Assembly: GCA_012026655.1 (NCBI GenBank)
Contig: JAAILG010000598.1
Coordinates: 1-64,000 of the forward strand
Length of the DNA: 64,000 nt
From: Hydrolagus affinis
Lineage: Eukaryota
Direction: 5' to 3'
The position numbers and the translations under genes were made by a program. Below, piece by piece: positions 36,863 through 49,617 of this stretch; the stretch's first letter is position 1, and each line of letters starts with the position of its first letter. The notes below the pieces were generated by a model, which worked only from the letters and a program-made list of their open reading frames with translations, was not told the origin of the DNA and searched no databases.

Positions 36863-38304
36863 CTTGGTACCCCAAGGTGATCTGTTGCCTGGTTTTCCTT
36901 CTCATTGGGGAGAATGGCTGACATCTCCTTGGTGGGTTATCCTAACGGCAAAGAAAATTGCTCATGACCAATGGCTACTATATTTTCAACCCCTGTGGCA
37001 TACTGTATTATGGATCCTCACCTTTCATCAAAGATTCCCAGTACAATAATATCCATCTTAACATCTCAAATAACGTACACTCAATGGTTCCATTCACTGA
37101 GCACTCTGAGATGCCACTTGGTGTGAAGGGCGCTATATAAATGCAAATGGTTGTTGTTGACGATTACACTATCAACTCAGTGTATGACTGATATATACAA
37201 AGTGTAATCCGGGCAAATGAGACTTTGATGATCCATTTGCCATATTCTTTTGTTTCTTACCTGTTAGTGGCCACTACCAAATGGATATACAAACAAAAGA
37301 CTCATTTAAATAGTAGTTGTTTCATTTCAGTTGAATGGAATGAAAAGATTTTTTATTTCATTAGAATTTTAATAAATCATTTCGGTACAGGATTCTATTT
37401 TACACAAACTGTCCAAAGGAAATTTGTCAGATGACTTTCAACAAGAACAATTCACGCTCATGCAACTCACTTTACAAGTGGGATGGACCCTCAAAATGCT
37501 TAAAAATTATTGATTGGCATGACCGAATAAGGAGGGGAGGAGGGAAAATGTTAGGGTGTTGACCAAAGACACAATCAAAGGGATGCAATCATCAGAAAAC
37601 TTAAAAGAGGCAGCTGTGCCTTCAAACATTCAAAAGTCAGAGCCAAATATCGACGGCAGGCCTGGCTTCCAAAAGAGCCACGATATAACTACAAGAGTTT
37701 TGGAAACTCTTACCGCAGTCCTCTGCCAGAAATCTAAGTTAAGAAGCAGACACTTCAGCAGCGAGACTGGTGCATGCAATTCTGTGTGCAGGTTAGGGAG
37801 CAGAAGCACAGAAGCCAGAGCATTCCTCTATAGCAGCCATTTGAATGCCTGCAATACACACATACACACACACACACGGTAGGCATCCTCGTGATGCAGC
37901 CAAACAATGGCAGTAACTTGGTCATTTATTTAACAGGAAATCAGCAATAAATTTACAGGCCAGAGGTTTATTCTTGATCCTCTATATTTTTTAAAAAGAA
38001 AGAAAGACTAAAAGAGCTTCCCTTAGACTCACTGGTTTGGCATCATGTGAAAGCACAGTGATAAGTTTGTGGATGATGGCAGCAACAGCTGCGGTATTCC
38101 TACCCCATGTCTGGGGTGAGCCTATCAGCGCAGCATGCCACTCTCATCTGCCGAGCAGCTTGCATCTCCCAGCATTGTGAAGCTATGATATGATTAATGA
38201 AGAGATGTCAGAAAGATAATTCTTTGTATCACGCAATGGTGGACAGAATTGTTTCTGAGGGTGAAAAAAAGTCTGCCTTCCTAGAGCTGAACTGGTGAAG
38301 TAAT

Positions 38305-38340
38305 CAGCTGTCTTCAGTCTTATAAATAGCAGCACAGATG
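38305..38340. promoter_or_regulatory. Candidate MEF2/TATA site flanked by two E-boxes
   Basis: TTATAAATAG (38320-38329) fits YTAWWWWTAR; CAGCTG at 38305-38310 and CAGATG at 38335-38340. Motif match only. Confidence 0.3.
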
Positions 38341-39134
38341 TTGACAGAGAAATGCTCCCTTAATTATCATACAAACTGCTTTACTTGAGTGAACAGTTTA
38401 AACCGGCCTCCAAAGGAAATTCACTCAAGCAATTCCACAGATTACAGCTAATGAACAATATTTCTTTGTGCCTATTTAGTGCTCATTAAAATGTAAAAGC
38501 CTTTCATTTCAACAGGCCTGCAATAAATATTCCTTTCTGCTACGCGAGATGTATGAAGTGGGACAAATAAGTGGCTGAAGCAACGTCAGCCAATTCATTA
38601 TCACTGCCTGTTGGGCAAATCGAGTCCATTTGTATTCGACCTGGTGGATGTGTACTGCGTTCTGACTGCTGCTGGAAAGTAAAGCAAAGTGCAGCTTCAC
38701 CCTCTGAACTCTTCCCCTCCTCGAGACACAAGTCATAGGTTTAAAGGTTGTGCAGGGTTCTGGTGGCTTTTTATTTAAAGGCACAGAGGTATGTTCGCCA
38801 GCAGAATACACAGTCACTCCACTATACAGTGTAACCTGCAAAGCTTTTTGAGAGATGTTCTCGTGGTGGTGAAAGGATTGCAATTCCATGTGAGGATTAT
38901 AATTAAAAATTATAATTCTAAAATCGAGATACATACATCCAATAGGATCAGAAGTAGCTGAGTAAATTCCAAAAAACGAGTGATTTGCGGAGAAAGGCAA
39001 GTAAATCGAACTGAATAGATTGTTCTTCTAAAGAACCACACCGGACATGATGAGCCAAAGGCATTATTCTGCGCTGTAAAATTCTGGCATCCTAGGAAAA
39101 CAATCATAGAATTCAAAATTTCGACTGCGCTTAT

Positions 39135-39245
39135 GGTCACCTGCCCCCGCCCCCTGATTTGGCTTCAGGCTCCGCCATTATGAAACGCTCTGAGACACAG
39201 CCTGGCGTGGAGAGCACTATATAAATGCAAGTTGTTGTTGTTACT
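39135..39245 (+). mobile_element. L2 LINE 3' tail
   Basis: CGCTCTGAGACACAGCCTGGCGTGGAGAGCACTATATAAATGCAAG(TTG)n. Confidence 0.8.
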
Positions 39246-39255
39246 GTTATTGTTG

Positions 39256-39445
39256 TAGAATCTTACAGCACAGAAGGAGGCCATTTGGCCCAACGTACTT
39301 GCTCTTTGAAAGAGTTATCAAACTAGTCCTACTCCTACCCCATAATCTTGAAAATGTTTCCCTTTCAAGTACCTTTTGGATTCCCTTTTGAAAGTTACTG
39401 CCGAATCTGTTTCCACCAGCCTTTCAGGCAGTGGGTTCCAGATTG
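39256..39445 (-). mobile_element. CR1 LINE 3' end
   Basis: TAGAATCTTACAGCACAGAAGGAGGCCATTTGGCCC is reverse-complementary to the 55455-55495 terminus. Confidence 0.8.
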
Positions 39446-42400
39446 GATTTTACAAAATACAGTAGTTGTATTTTTGTAAGGATGCCTTTTGTGGTGGTTA
39501 TAGGTTAGTCGTCTTAATATGACTAATATGTAAAATGTTACTTCAGTTGTAATTCTGGGTGTATTGTGCTGCTATGCTGGTTAAAAGGTAAGACTTTTCT
39601 ATAAGCTAGAGAAGAAGAGAATCAAACAGCCATGACAATCTTTCCAGCTTCTCACAGCTCATCGCAGGGTAAAGCATTCTGATGAATTCCTGAAGGCTCA
39701 AAAGAGAATACGGGATTCTGAAGTAGCAGGAAGTGATCATGTGATCATGGTGATATTTTTTAAACGTGGAAACCATCCTCAGAATCAATGAACAACGTAA
39801 TGAAATTGCCACCTCTGATGCACCAACACAAGAAAAATGATCGCGAGTCAACTGTTTATGTCGGTGAAACTTCTGCTTGAGACTCAATGATGATCATGAG
39901 CCGTGAGGCCTTGAAGGAGAGGTCTCTGGGATTTGATAGTGTGTAATAGAGTAGTTAAATGCACCTGTGGGAAACTAAGGCTGCAGTTATTATTATTATT
40001 AACCTGCTAATTGAAGTTGGTTAGCGTTTGACTCCCAAAACAGTGATAGGTTTAAAAACAACAACAAAATTAGGTTTATAGAGCGCCTTTCACATCGGGT
40101 GGATGTTTCTGGCAAGGTTTAGGTTTCGAGACTACCTGTTGTTTGGACTTCCTTGACCTAAGTGGATGATTTTTGCCAGCGTTTGACCTGGTCACTAAAG
40201 AGGGCACTATGTGGAGGTGAAATGTTTCATGCCTGGAGGGGAGGGAAAATTTTCCATCCTTGCCTGCTTAAATGTCGCTTCCTACCAGTCGATTCTGTGA
40301 TTCCACCAACAGTGGTGAGGCAGGTCCCATAAGCCAGGCTACCCTACCTACCATAATTGGCTACCTATTGCAGGTAGCTGCATGTATGGTGCCAAAAGAA
40401 AAAGTCCACAAAATATAAACTTGGGGGAAAGGGAACTGAATATATTGAAGAGAAAAAGGAATCATCCCTATTATTTATTGCATTAGCATTTTATTTCCGA
40501 TTATTTTTTATTAGTAGTATTATTTACAGCTGATATGCAATGCATAGAACATGACAAAGTGACCCTGTTAAATATCAGACACTTGCTATAAATGAGCTGG
40601 ATGTGTCAAAGGGCTTTGATTTCTAACACTTTAAAAGCAGAGCCTATTCCGGCAATGAAAAGGAAACTGCCTTTTTAATGGCAGGCAAGGTCTCACCTCA
40701 GTCTCTTCTGATCATTTCACCGCATAATGAAAGAGTCAGCAGCGACTGACAATTCCAGCTCAATATCTCCATCATTGAGAAGTGACCCTCTTGAGACGTA
40801 TGTTGCTGTGTCTTTTTTCCTCTCTTTCTCTGATGCACTCAAAGGGAAAGATGACGAGAGAAGTTTTTTCTTGGCCTGAGTGCTGGAGAGCTTGCTTACG
40901 TTTGCGTGCCTGGAGTGGTCGGATGCCAATGATGGCAGTCTATCAGTACACCCTGCCTGCATATGAACAACAGATTTGTCAGCCTGTGACAGGCTGACAG
41001 CCCAGCTCCCAGCCGCTTGTCCAGTGTTATTAAATCAGTACCTCTTCTGAGCGTGCAGGCAAGAGGCAATCTGCTTCCTCCCATTTGTGGAGGCAGGTTG
41101 CCAGTCAAAACCAAATCACTGACTGGAGGCTACAGCCCCCCCAAAAAAACCCACAAACAGCAGACACTGCTCAGTCGTGGTTATGCACTTCAGGCTACAT
41201 ATTTGGACCATAGATATTCTATTGCTTCACTGAAGAATTTTTTACGCAGAGATTATTTCAGTGAACAAAAAGGAAACTGCCGCTGTTATCAACCAAAATC
41301 CCAATACAATTTATATTATATATAATTATATTCTATTGCACCAAAAATATTTTGTTTCTTCAATGAAACGCATTGTTATATTTCAGCAGCATCTTGCACG
41401 GTGCTATTTGAAATATCATCTACAGGATGTACAAATTATTAAAAAGTTAATTCTGGTATACAAGGAAAACCTAACACCTTAAATTTCATTCCAAATACCT
41501 TCAAGTAAAGAACTGGTCAGACTGGACATGGAATTTTCCCTCATAAATTACAAATGAAGGGTAATTTGGTTCACAGCTACTTAGCATAAATACCTACACA
41601 ACTAATATTTCTTAATGGTCATAGGAAGAATTTCTAACAAGGCACAAATTAATCTGGAACTCAAATTCCTTCTGCTAATATACAACAGACGCCGAATTCC
41701 ACCTGGTCTTCATCTGTATTAACTGTTCTGTCTTAAAACATAACTTTTTTTGTAATGCATATTTGTAAAAACTTCTCACTTTTCAATTTTTAATTTGGAA
41801 ACAGGTTTGTTTTAAAGAACTGTAGAAAACCAGCACCCCCCCCACCCCCTCCCCCCAACACTGCAATTTGATTGATTTTTTAAAAGTGTTTTGAAACTTC
41901 TGTGCAATCTTAGATTTTAAGTCAAATTGCTTATAATAGGTGAGGACTAGGTGATTTTTAAAATATTCTGTAAGAGGCAAGCCTCAATGATCATGCTGGT
42001 AAGGATAATGGCACTGCGTGAAAACACGAAAGAGAAGCCACAGTATACATTTCAGGGAGCTGTACATGCTATCACTAGAGCTTTTTGAAGCCAGGTCCAC
42101 TTGCTGACTCCTGCTGGATTTATCTTTTCACACAAGTACTTGAGTAAGTGACAAAAGGCATGTTGCCCTTTCCAATAATTCCATAGGATTTCCCCCCTAT
42201 ATATCCAATAAGATGTAACGAAAATCCGATAAGATTCACAATTTGTCTTGCTTGATCCCTCAGGATATCTTTCAGGAAACCTGAAGGATTCTTCAAGACA
42301 TCTCAATAAAATTTATATCTCAGAATGTTTAGGCAAAGTCCGGTGTGCTGTGGTGAGTTTGTTTTAACTGTATGACAATCTTGCTGTGGATTTGGTGCAA

Positions 42401-42854
42401 TGGAATACAACAACAACACAATTACATTTGTAGAGCGCCTTTTATGTCGGGAGGATGTCCCAAGGCGCTGAACAATACAGGAATGCTATGCAAGTAAGGT
42501 GTAAAGCAGACATTAAATTAAACTTAATTCATTAACTCTGATTTTCTACTTGCCTTTGTAAATAAAGGAGTTGATTTATGAAGAATATTAATACATATTT
42601 ACAGATTTTGTTCTTGTAGATTCCTTTTCCTCCATGAAAGGCCTGATTCTCAAATTAGCTGGTGAAACAACTGTGTATGACTTTTCCATTAGAAGGCTAA
42701 TGCATTGGGTGAGGCGGTGTACATGTGAACATAGTAATGTTTTCTTATTTTTAACTGTCTCCAATCCAATTAACATCTCCGGTTTTTGACTGACATTAAC
42801 TGACAGCAGTTAGTTAACAATCATCCTTGCATTTCATGTAGCGCCTCATCAAGT

Positions 42855-43892
42855 TATTGAAATTATTCAATCTTCATGGACCTGCCCTCGCTTGCTTCGA
42901 CCCGTACCTTTCTCACCATCTCCACTTAGTCGCCACCAATGGCTTCTCCTCCAGCTCCCAGGCCCTCCTCCTTGGCTCCCTACTTTTCAATATCTACATG
43001 CTGAGGTCAACTTCCACATGTACACGGATGCCACCCAACTCTATCTTTCATGCGTCTACCCTATTCAAGGACCATTGCTGTCCTGGCAGACCGTCTGTCA
43101 GACATCAAGTCCTGGATGAGAGCTAACTTTCCAGTTGAATGTCAACAAGACCGATTGGCTCGTGCCATTACCTTCACACATTAGGCACTGGCAGCATCAA
43201 CCTCCATGGATGCACATTCCACCTCACCTAGCCAGTCAGGAACCTAGATGTCTTGTTTGATCCTCAGCTGTCTTTCCTCCCCCACATCCAAGCCATGACC
43301 CGCTCTGCCTTCCCTCACCTTTGCAGTATTGCCCAACTCCGCCACTACCTCACCCCTCAGGCCGCTGAAACCCTCATTCATGCCTTCATCACATCCAGGC
43401 CTTTTCGGCCTTCCCAATTCCTTCCTCCACGGCTCCAGATAATCCAGAACTCTGTGGCCTGTGTCCTCTACCACTCCAAGCTCCATGACCCCATCTCCCC
43501 ATTTTCACCCTACTCCTTTGAACCCAGAGGATTCAATTCAAGATCCTGATCCTCACCTTCAAAGCCCCCATGGCTTCACTCCACCCTGCGACCTGCGACC
43601 TCCTAACCCCCTACCAACTTGCCTAGCCCTTGTGCTCAGCAGGCTCTGGCCTGCTCCATGTACCCCGCCCCACCTGCCCCACCATCGACGGGTGAGCCTC
43701 TAACCTCTGGAATTCTTTCCTGCAGTCCCTCCACCTCGCCCAGTCCCTGGCGTCCTTCATGTCCCGCCTCAAGACTCCCCTCTTCGATGGCCCCAACCCC
43801 AGCTCGGGTCTGAACCATTGACTGTCCAGTGCCTTGAGATGTCCGCCTGATGTGAAAGGCACTGTACAAGTGTAATTTTGTTGTTGTTGTTG
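42855..43892 (+). mobile_element. L2 LINE, 5'-truncated (~1 kb), degraded RT
   Basis: Peptides LLFNIYM, FHMYTDATQLY and FDPQLSFLPHIQ...AAETLIHAFITS; (TTG)n tail. Confidence 0.93.
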
Positions 43893-43904
43893 AAATGCCT
43901 TGAA

Positions 43905-44145
43905 GCTAACATTTCACAGAATTTTTCCTTGAGGTGTAGTGACTGTCTAATTTGCAGGCAAGTGCGGCAGCCAATTTGCGCAATGGCCCTGTCCCACAAA
44001 TAGCCTTCAAGTGAGTGACTAATTTTATCTGTGTGATTGTTAGCCTGCAGAAACTCTTGTCTCGTTTTGAATAGTGCCATGGGATCTTTAACAACCAGCT
44101 GAACAGCCACTTGGAACCTTAATTTAATGTCTCAACCAAAGGATG
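43905..44145 (-). mobile_element. Older Deu-domain SINE
   Basis: GCGGCAGCCAATTTGCGCAA...GAATAGTGCCATGGGATCTTTAAC...TTTAATGTCTCAACCAAAGGATGG. Confidence 0.75.
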
Positions 44146-44519
44146 GATTTTTTTTATCTGCTACAAACAACATGCAAAGTCATCTGATTTTCCCTCTTTC
44201 TCTGAATTGCAGCAGTATAAAAGCACTGTCGGGGTGGGGTGGGGAGAGGAGGAGTAACACAGCACAGAGCAGCCTACAAGGAGATGGGAGAAATGATCAC
44301 ACCAAGCTACATTCACGATTTTTCCCCTTCGCGTACCGGGCAAGGATAATGGCTGTGTTTAGTGCTGTGTCATTGTCGCTTCAATGACAAATGTGTCACT
44401 AAAACACGTGTGTAGAGCTGCTGGCACGGCAAAGCTTTTCAATGTTTGTGGCAGGACGGAGGCTGCGCTGGGTAGTGGTTGTTCCTTTCACAAGGTCAAC
44501 CAACATCACAAGAACGGTT

Positions 44520-44700
44520 CGGATACAGAAAGCCCTTCGGCCCATTTGATTTCATCCTTCCCGAATTACCTGCCCTACTATCTTCCCAACGGACCATCCA
44601 GCTGTTTTGTTTTTAAAGAGAGTCCAGCATCTGCGTAACCCATTCTCAGTTGTTATTTGCTCTCTGGGTGAAGTCGTTTGCCACTATATAGACTTCACAT
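44520..44700 (-). mobile_element. Old CR1 LINE 3' end
   Basis: GAAAGCCCTTCGGCCCATTTGATTTCATCCTTCC, same family as 14866-15050. Confidence 0.55.
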
Positions 44701-45139
44701 TACCCCATCACTGGGCCCCATTCCTGTATCAAGACTGTCATCATTCACCAGTAATTGCTCAGATAGTGAGTGCGGACTCTAGTTTTGCTTCCTCCTCTTT
44801 CGTCGGGGATAGCACCTTTGAGGTTGTTCAGTAAATTTCAAGACTTTGCCAACGTGCAAAGAAAGGTCAATAAATTTACAGACAAGCAGAGAATAATACA
44901 CTTACCTCCCATTGCTGATGTACACAGCCAGCCCACTCCATCTCCCACAAAGCCATCTTAACTTAAGGAGAACGAAAGGATAATCAAGAGCTGGGGACAG
45001 GTTTAAAGGAAGACTAGTTAATTCCACGACTCTGGATATTTGTGAAACAGCCTGATGCTGTAATGAGAAGAACACAGTGGGTGAGTATTCTGCAAGGATG
45101 CAATCAAATGGACAATCAGACTTTCTTCATCAATTTCAT

Positions 45140-45248
45140 GAAGTTCTGACGAAGGCTCGTGGATCTGAAACGTTGACTCACATTCCTTTCTCTATAGATG
45201 CTGCCTGACCTGCTGAGTGTTCCCATCGACTTCTGTTTTTGTTTAATC
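45140..45248 (+). mobile_element. Penelope-like element terminal-repeat fragment with hammerhead-like core
   Basis: Homologous to the arms of 63336-63551 (GAAACGTTGACTC...GATGCTGCCTGACCTGCTGAGT...ACTTCTGTTTTTGTT); carries CTGACGA...GAAA. Confidence 0.7.
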
Positions 45249-46654
45249 TATAATTAGGGTTGCAGTACACCAATGCAGCAAGGTCATCAGTGTTTGCCTG
45301 CAGTCACTGCACTTTACAATAAAATCATGTGGAGCACATTTGAGACATCCTCCTGATGTGAAAGGTGCTAGATCAAATATTATTTTATTTAATTTTATTT
45401 ACTGTACTAGTTTTGTGATATCGGAGTGACGAGAGAAAGAGGAGAATTATAGAGTGAAATCTGCATGCCTGAGTAGATCATCATCACAGCAGCATTCTGT
45501 GCCATCAGACTGTTCAATGTTAGTTTATTGCTGAAAGCAAACACTATCAAAAGGTGGAACAATGGATCTCTGTGCCGCATTGGAGTCATGCAATCCTGAG
45601 TCGAGAACAGTGCAGCTATTGTCCTCACAAGTGATTAACACTATAATGAACTGATCAAAAGGTACCCGGCAAGCCATTATTACTTGCTGTTGCTCTTTAA
45701 TGTTCTCCACTTCCCTCAGGTCATAAGCAGGCTGGAAAAATCAAGCAACTGAGCTGATGACAGTAGGGAAATGTTGGGAGTGTTATTTCTGAGCAATATT
45801 TAAATATACCATGCTTATTTTTAAGGACATTAAAATAAGCCAAAACATTTTAAACCACACTGAGCATCAGATGCGCAATATTTTGGAAATGAGAAATTAT
45901 GATGTATTTGCGTGGAATATGCATAGGGGAGGGAAGATTGCATTTTTATTTCAACTGGTTCCTTTGAAGTAATTTTTTTTACATTAAAATGGTGACAGAA
46001 GTTACGTATTCAAAGCTTCCAGGCTCAGCTTATCTGTGAGGTATACGGAGGAGAAGTAATTTCTTGTCTTTAATGAGTTGGGGAAAAAAATCTGAAGTTG
46101 ACAAAACCTAAAAGAAAACTGGAATTTTAAATACTAATTTTCACAATTAATGCAACATCAATGTATATATCACCTATTGTCCTATTTAAGTTAAAATAAT
46201 AGTAAACTGAAGTAAAAAGTATTTACTGAACTTATGGAAAATGATATCACATCAAACCTGTTATGAAATATTGTGTTTTGTCCATCCTTTTTTGCTTAGC
46301 GATTGACTCTTGACCTTCAATGGAAAATAAAGATGTTCAAATTCTCAGTAATGCATAAAAGTGAATCCATCCTGTTTAAATCTTAATTTATGATTTTTCA
46401 TTCATCAGACAATTTTTCGATACTTTGAAATTGGTATATATGGATGGCAGATGATGAAATTTTTATTAAAACCAGTTCCTCTGAATTAAATACTTTATAC
46501 TATATATTGTGACGCAATTTTACAATTTCTTAGCAAATCCAAAGTTTGTTAATTCTTGAATTTGGACCAGGCAATATTTGCGAATATTTCATTTTAGACC
46601 CAATGTCACTTTAGCAGCAACATGCAGAGCGGCATTCTCAACATCCACTTTCAG

Positions 46655-46775
46655 TGCTACTGCTGGCCTGCTCCATGTCCCCGGACTGATTCACCCCACC
46701 ATTAGTGGGCAAATTTCATCCCAATTTTGCTCCCATTCTTTGGAACTCTATCCTAGCGTCTCACCGCCTCTTTAG
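46655..46775 (+). mobile_element. L2 LINE fragment
   Basis: CTGGCCTGCTCCATGTCCCC...CCCCACCATTAGTGGGC...CTTTGGAACTCTATCCT, similar to 43645-43740. Confidence 0.7.
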
Positions 46776-47984
46776 GTGGATGCTCTGGGGACTACAAAGT
46801 GCAAAGTGCATCACGTTGACTCGCAAGTCCTCGGCTATGATGATACCCCTGACTGTTGCTAAGATTCCACAAGACAGCAAGACAACAAGACTCTCAGCTG
46901 GAGATGCCATCTATGTCACGAGAAGCTTTTTCCAGTGGCGAGTTGTCAGTGACTCCTGCTTTTCTGAGGAGTGTATTTTTTAAAACAAATCAGCCCAGAT
47001 TTTGTCAGCAGCCTATTCGATTGCAGAAAACATCACGACAGAGCCCAGGCGTTGCTCAATGTCGGTAGCCCAGACGTTTTCCAGCAGGAGCCAAAAATTA
47101 GCATCTGGATCAGGAGACTCAGGCCTATGTTAACTTTGGAAGTGCAGCCCTGACCTATTGTTGGCTTTGCTAGTTCAGAGACACCAAGGCCAACTGTAGC
47201 AGCCACGCTGCTGCTCTGTCTGAGATCAGTGACTCATTGCAAAGCAGGAATCCAAAGAATTCTATTGTTTCCTTTGATATTAACGTTGTACTTTGTTGGT
47301 GGTGGGGGGAGGGGTTGGGGGGAAGGGCTGGTAGAGGAGGAGAGTGCGAGAGGGAAGAGAGAGAGAGAGAGATAGATCTGGCAACTTGAACTCCCAGCAG
47401 CATCTGTTCTCGGGTTTGTTGGTTATGGCACTTTGTGACATTCTATGATTAATTTTTCAATAAACCATCAGTCCCTCCTCCCCCTGTGTATCCAATCCTC
47501 TATTCAAACCATTCATCTTTGTAGGACCCATTAATAACGTACAGTTAAATTTGCCATAAACCACTTCTTGTTGTTTGGAGAGCCTACGTGTTTGAAAGGA
47601 AAGTAGTTGTTGCAAACCAATGCTGAGGATCTAAATTGAAATGCTAAATATTTAAATAAATTCAGCATTATAATATTAGATGTTTGAGCAAAACTAAGGT
47701 ATTATAACTTTGATGTTGATCAACTCAGAAAGAAACCAGAGCTCAGAAGCAGCCATAGCTCTTAATGCGGCTACATTTGATGAAGTAACACTCAGGAGTA
47801 AACGTTTTGTGGGCGAAACGCGGCAGCCAATTGCCCACAGCAGTGTCCAATTGAGCTCTCACTTCACATCCCGAAGATATTTATTTCAATTCCTTTGAGT
47901 CTTAATTTCTGTTGTTTTACCTCTCGAACAGCATAATATATATTTCTGATTAAGATAGTACTTGTAGTGGTCGACTGTTATAAA

Positions 47985-48410
47985 ATCTCAGGATATATTA
48001 GCCTTGGAGGGTGATGGATATTAAACTAGTGACCGACCAGTGTATTAATATCTGTGTTGAAGGGATTTAGCTATGATGAGAGGCGAGGTGCAGTGAGGTT
48101 ATATGCCTGAGAACCGAGGAGGTTAAGGACTGATTGAGATATTTAAAACAATGAAAGGAATTGACAGGTTAGATAGTGGACAATTCTCCCCTCTGATAGA
48201 GGGATCTATTACAAGGCAGAGTAGTGTTCCAATCAGAACTAAGACAGACAGAACTTAGGTCAGGGTGTAAGTATTTCTTTACACAGAGTGTCATGAAGCT
48301 GGGGAAAGTTCTGCCCCAGAAAGCTGTAGGGGTGGAAGGAAATCAATAGAGAGATTAACATACTTGGGTGAAAGAGGCATGAAGCCATACTATAGCGAGA
48401 GGGAGGGGCA
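47985..48410 (+). mobile_element. Highly degraded CR1 LINE 3' portion
   Basis: GGATATATTAGCCTTGGAGGG...AGCTATGATGAGAGG...TTCTCCCCTCTG...CTGCCCCAGAAAGCTGTAG parallels 20025-20460. Confidence 0.65.
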
Positions 48411-49099
48411 TTGGAAGATCTGAAAGATCTAATAAATCAAACGAATGCCAAAATCCAATAACTGTGGAACAGCCTTGATGGATAGAACAGTATCTTTATT
48501 TACCTAATTTTTCCTTTCCAAGCTTTGCGCACTTTAATACCCATTAACTTTTCTAATTCAATAGATTAAGTTAAAAAAAAACATATTCTGGTGGGTAGGC
48601 ATAATAATTCTAACAAAATATTTTCTTTTGATGTATCACATTCAAATGTTTCAGTACGATAAGTTTTGTAATGCTGTGACTGTTCTTATGTATACAGAAT
48701 CTGCATCAGCAACATTCTTAAAATAACTAAAATTGGAGCCCGTATTTTATTTTAATCGTGAATTTGGATCAAGGACAAATATTGACCATGATACAGTGTG
48801 CACTAAAACAATTTATACACCACTTGTCACTGGTTACCAGATATACACACTTTTTTATTAAGGATTTATTCAACTGAATTATAGACCCCCAAAAATGTTG
48901 ATTCATCCTCTCATTTATTGATTCATTCATTTTTTTTAAAAAAAGGTTATATTGCCAAGATGAAAAATCCTCTTAGAAACACATTTAATTTTCCTGAATG
49001 CAGAGATAGATTTCACTTAATTCCTCTTGTGGTTCACAAGCCACGGTAGATAATAAATAGAAACAAAGACGTGCTTCCTAGGCCATCTTACTATCATAT

Positions 49100-49330
49100 T
49101 TGTCTGTCCAGCGCTTTGGGACATCGTCCCGACATGAAAGATTCTATACAAATGTTATTTTGTTGATATCAACTTTATTTGTTGCTGTTTCTACAGCACT
49201 ACTGTCCACAAATTAGCTACCTTGTTCATCTTACAAAATACACAATCACTACACTTTACAGTACATCTTGTGAAAACGATTGAAACCTCCTCCTGATGTG
49301 AATGGGGCTCTATCACATGTAAGGATTATT
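49100..49330 (+). mobile_element. L2 tail plus older SINE 3' fragment
   Basis: CTGTCCAGCGCTTTGGGACATCGTCCCGACATGAAAG, then a SINE-like body ending GTAAGGATTATT. Confidence 0.6.
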
Positions 49331-49411
49331 CTTCCTTTCAACACACAGAATTGTACTTCCTCTGACTAATCCATTTTTAAACCCACATGCATCTCTATTT
49401 CCCATAATTCT

Positions 49412-49617
49412 CTACCTCAAAAGGCTGTAGATGCTCAATCTTTGAACATATTCTACCTGAAATTGACAGATTTCTTATGAACAAAGGGATTAAGGGATAT
49501 GGGGAAAAGGCGGGTAGGTGGAGTTAGATTAGAAGATCAGCCGTGATCTTATTGAATGGTGGGGCAGACTCGAGGTGCCAAATGGCCTACACCTGCTCCT
49601 GATTCTTATGTTCTATG
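49412..49617 (+). mobile_element. CR1 LINE 3' end (tail interrupted by a hAT MITE)
   Basis: Close match to 20350-20540; the tail resumes at 49986-50000. Confidence 0.88.

Noticed and set aside
38509-39000. 163 aa minus-strand ORF
   Set aside because: Non-ATG start, no recognisable domain and random-looking composition.
39606-39668. Possible 63 nt plus-strand exon (REEENQTAMTIFPASHSSSQ)
   Set aside because: Weak AAG acceptor and GTAAAG donor; no recognisable homology.
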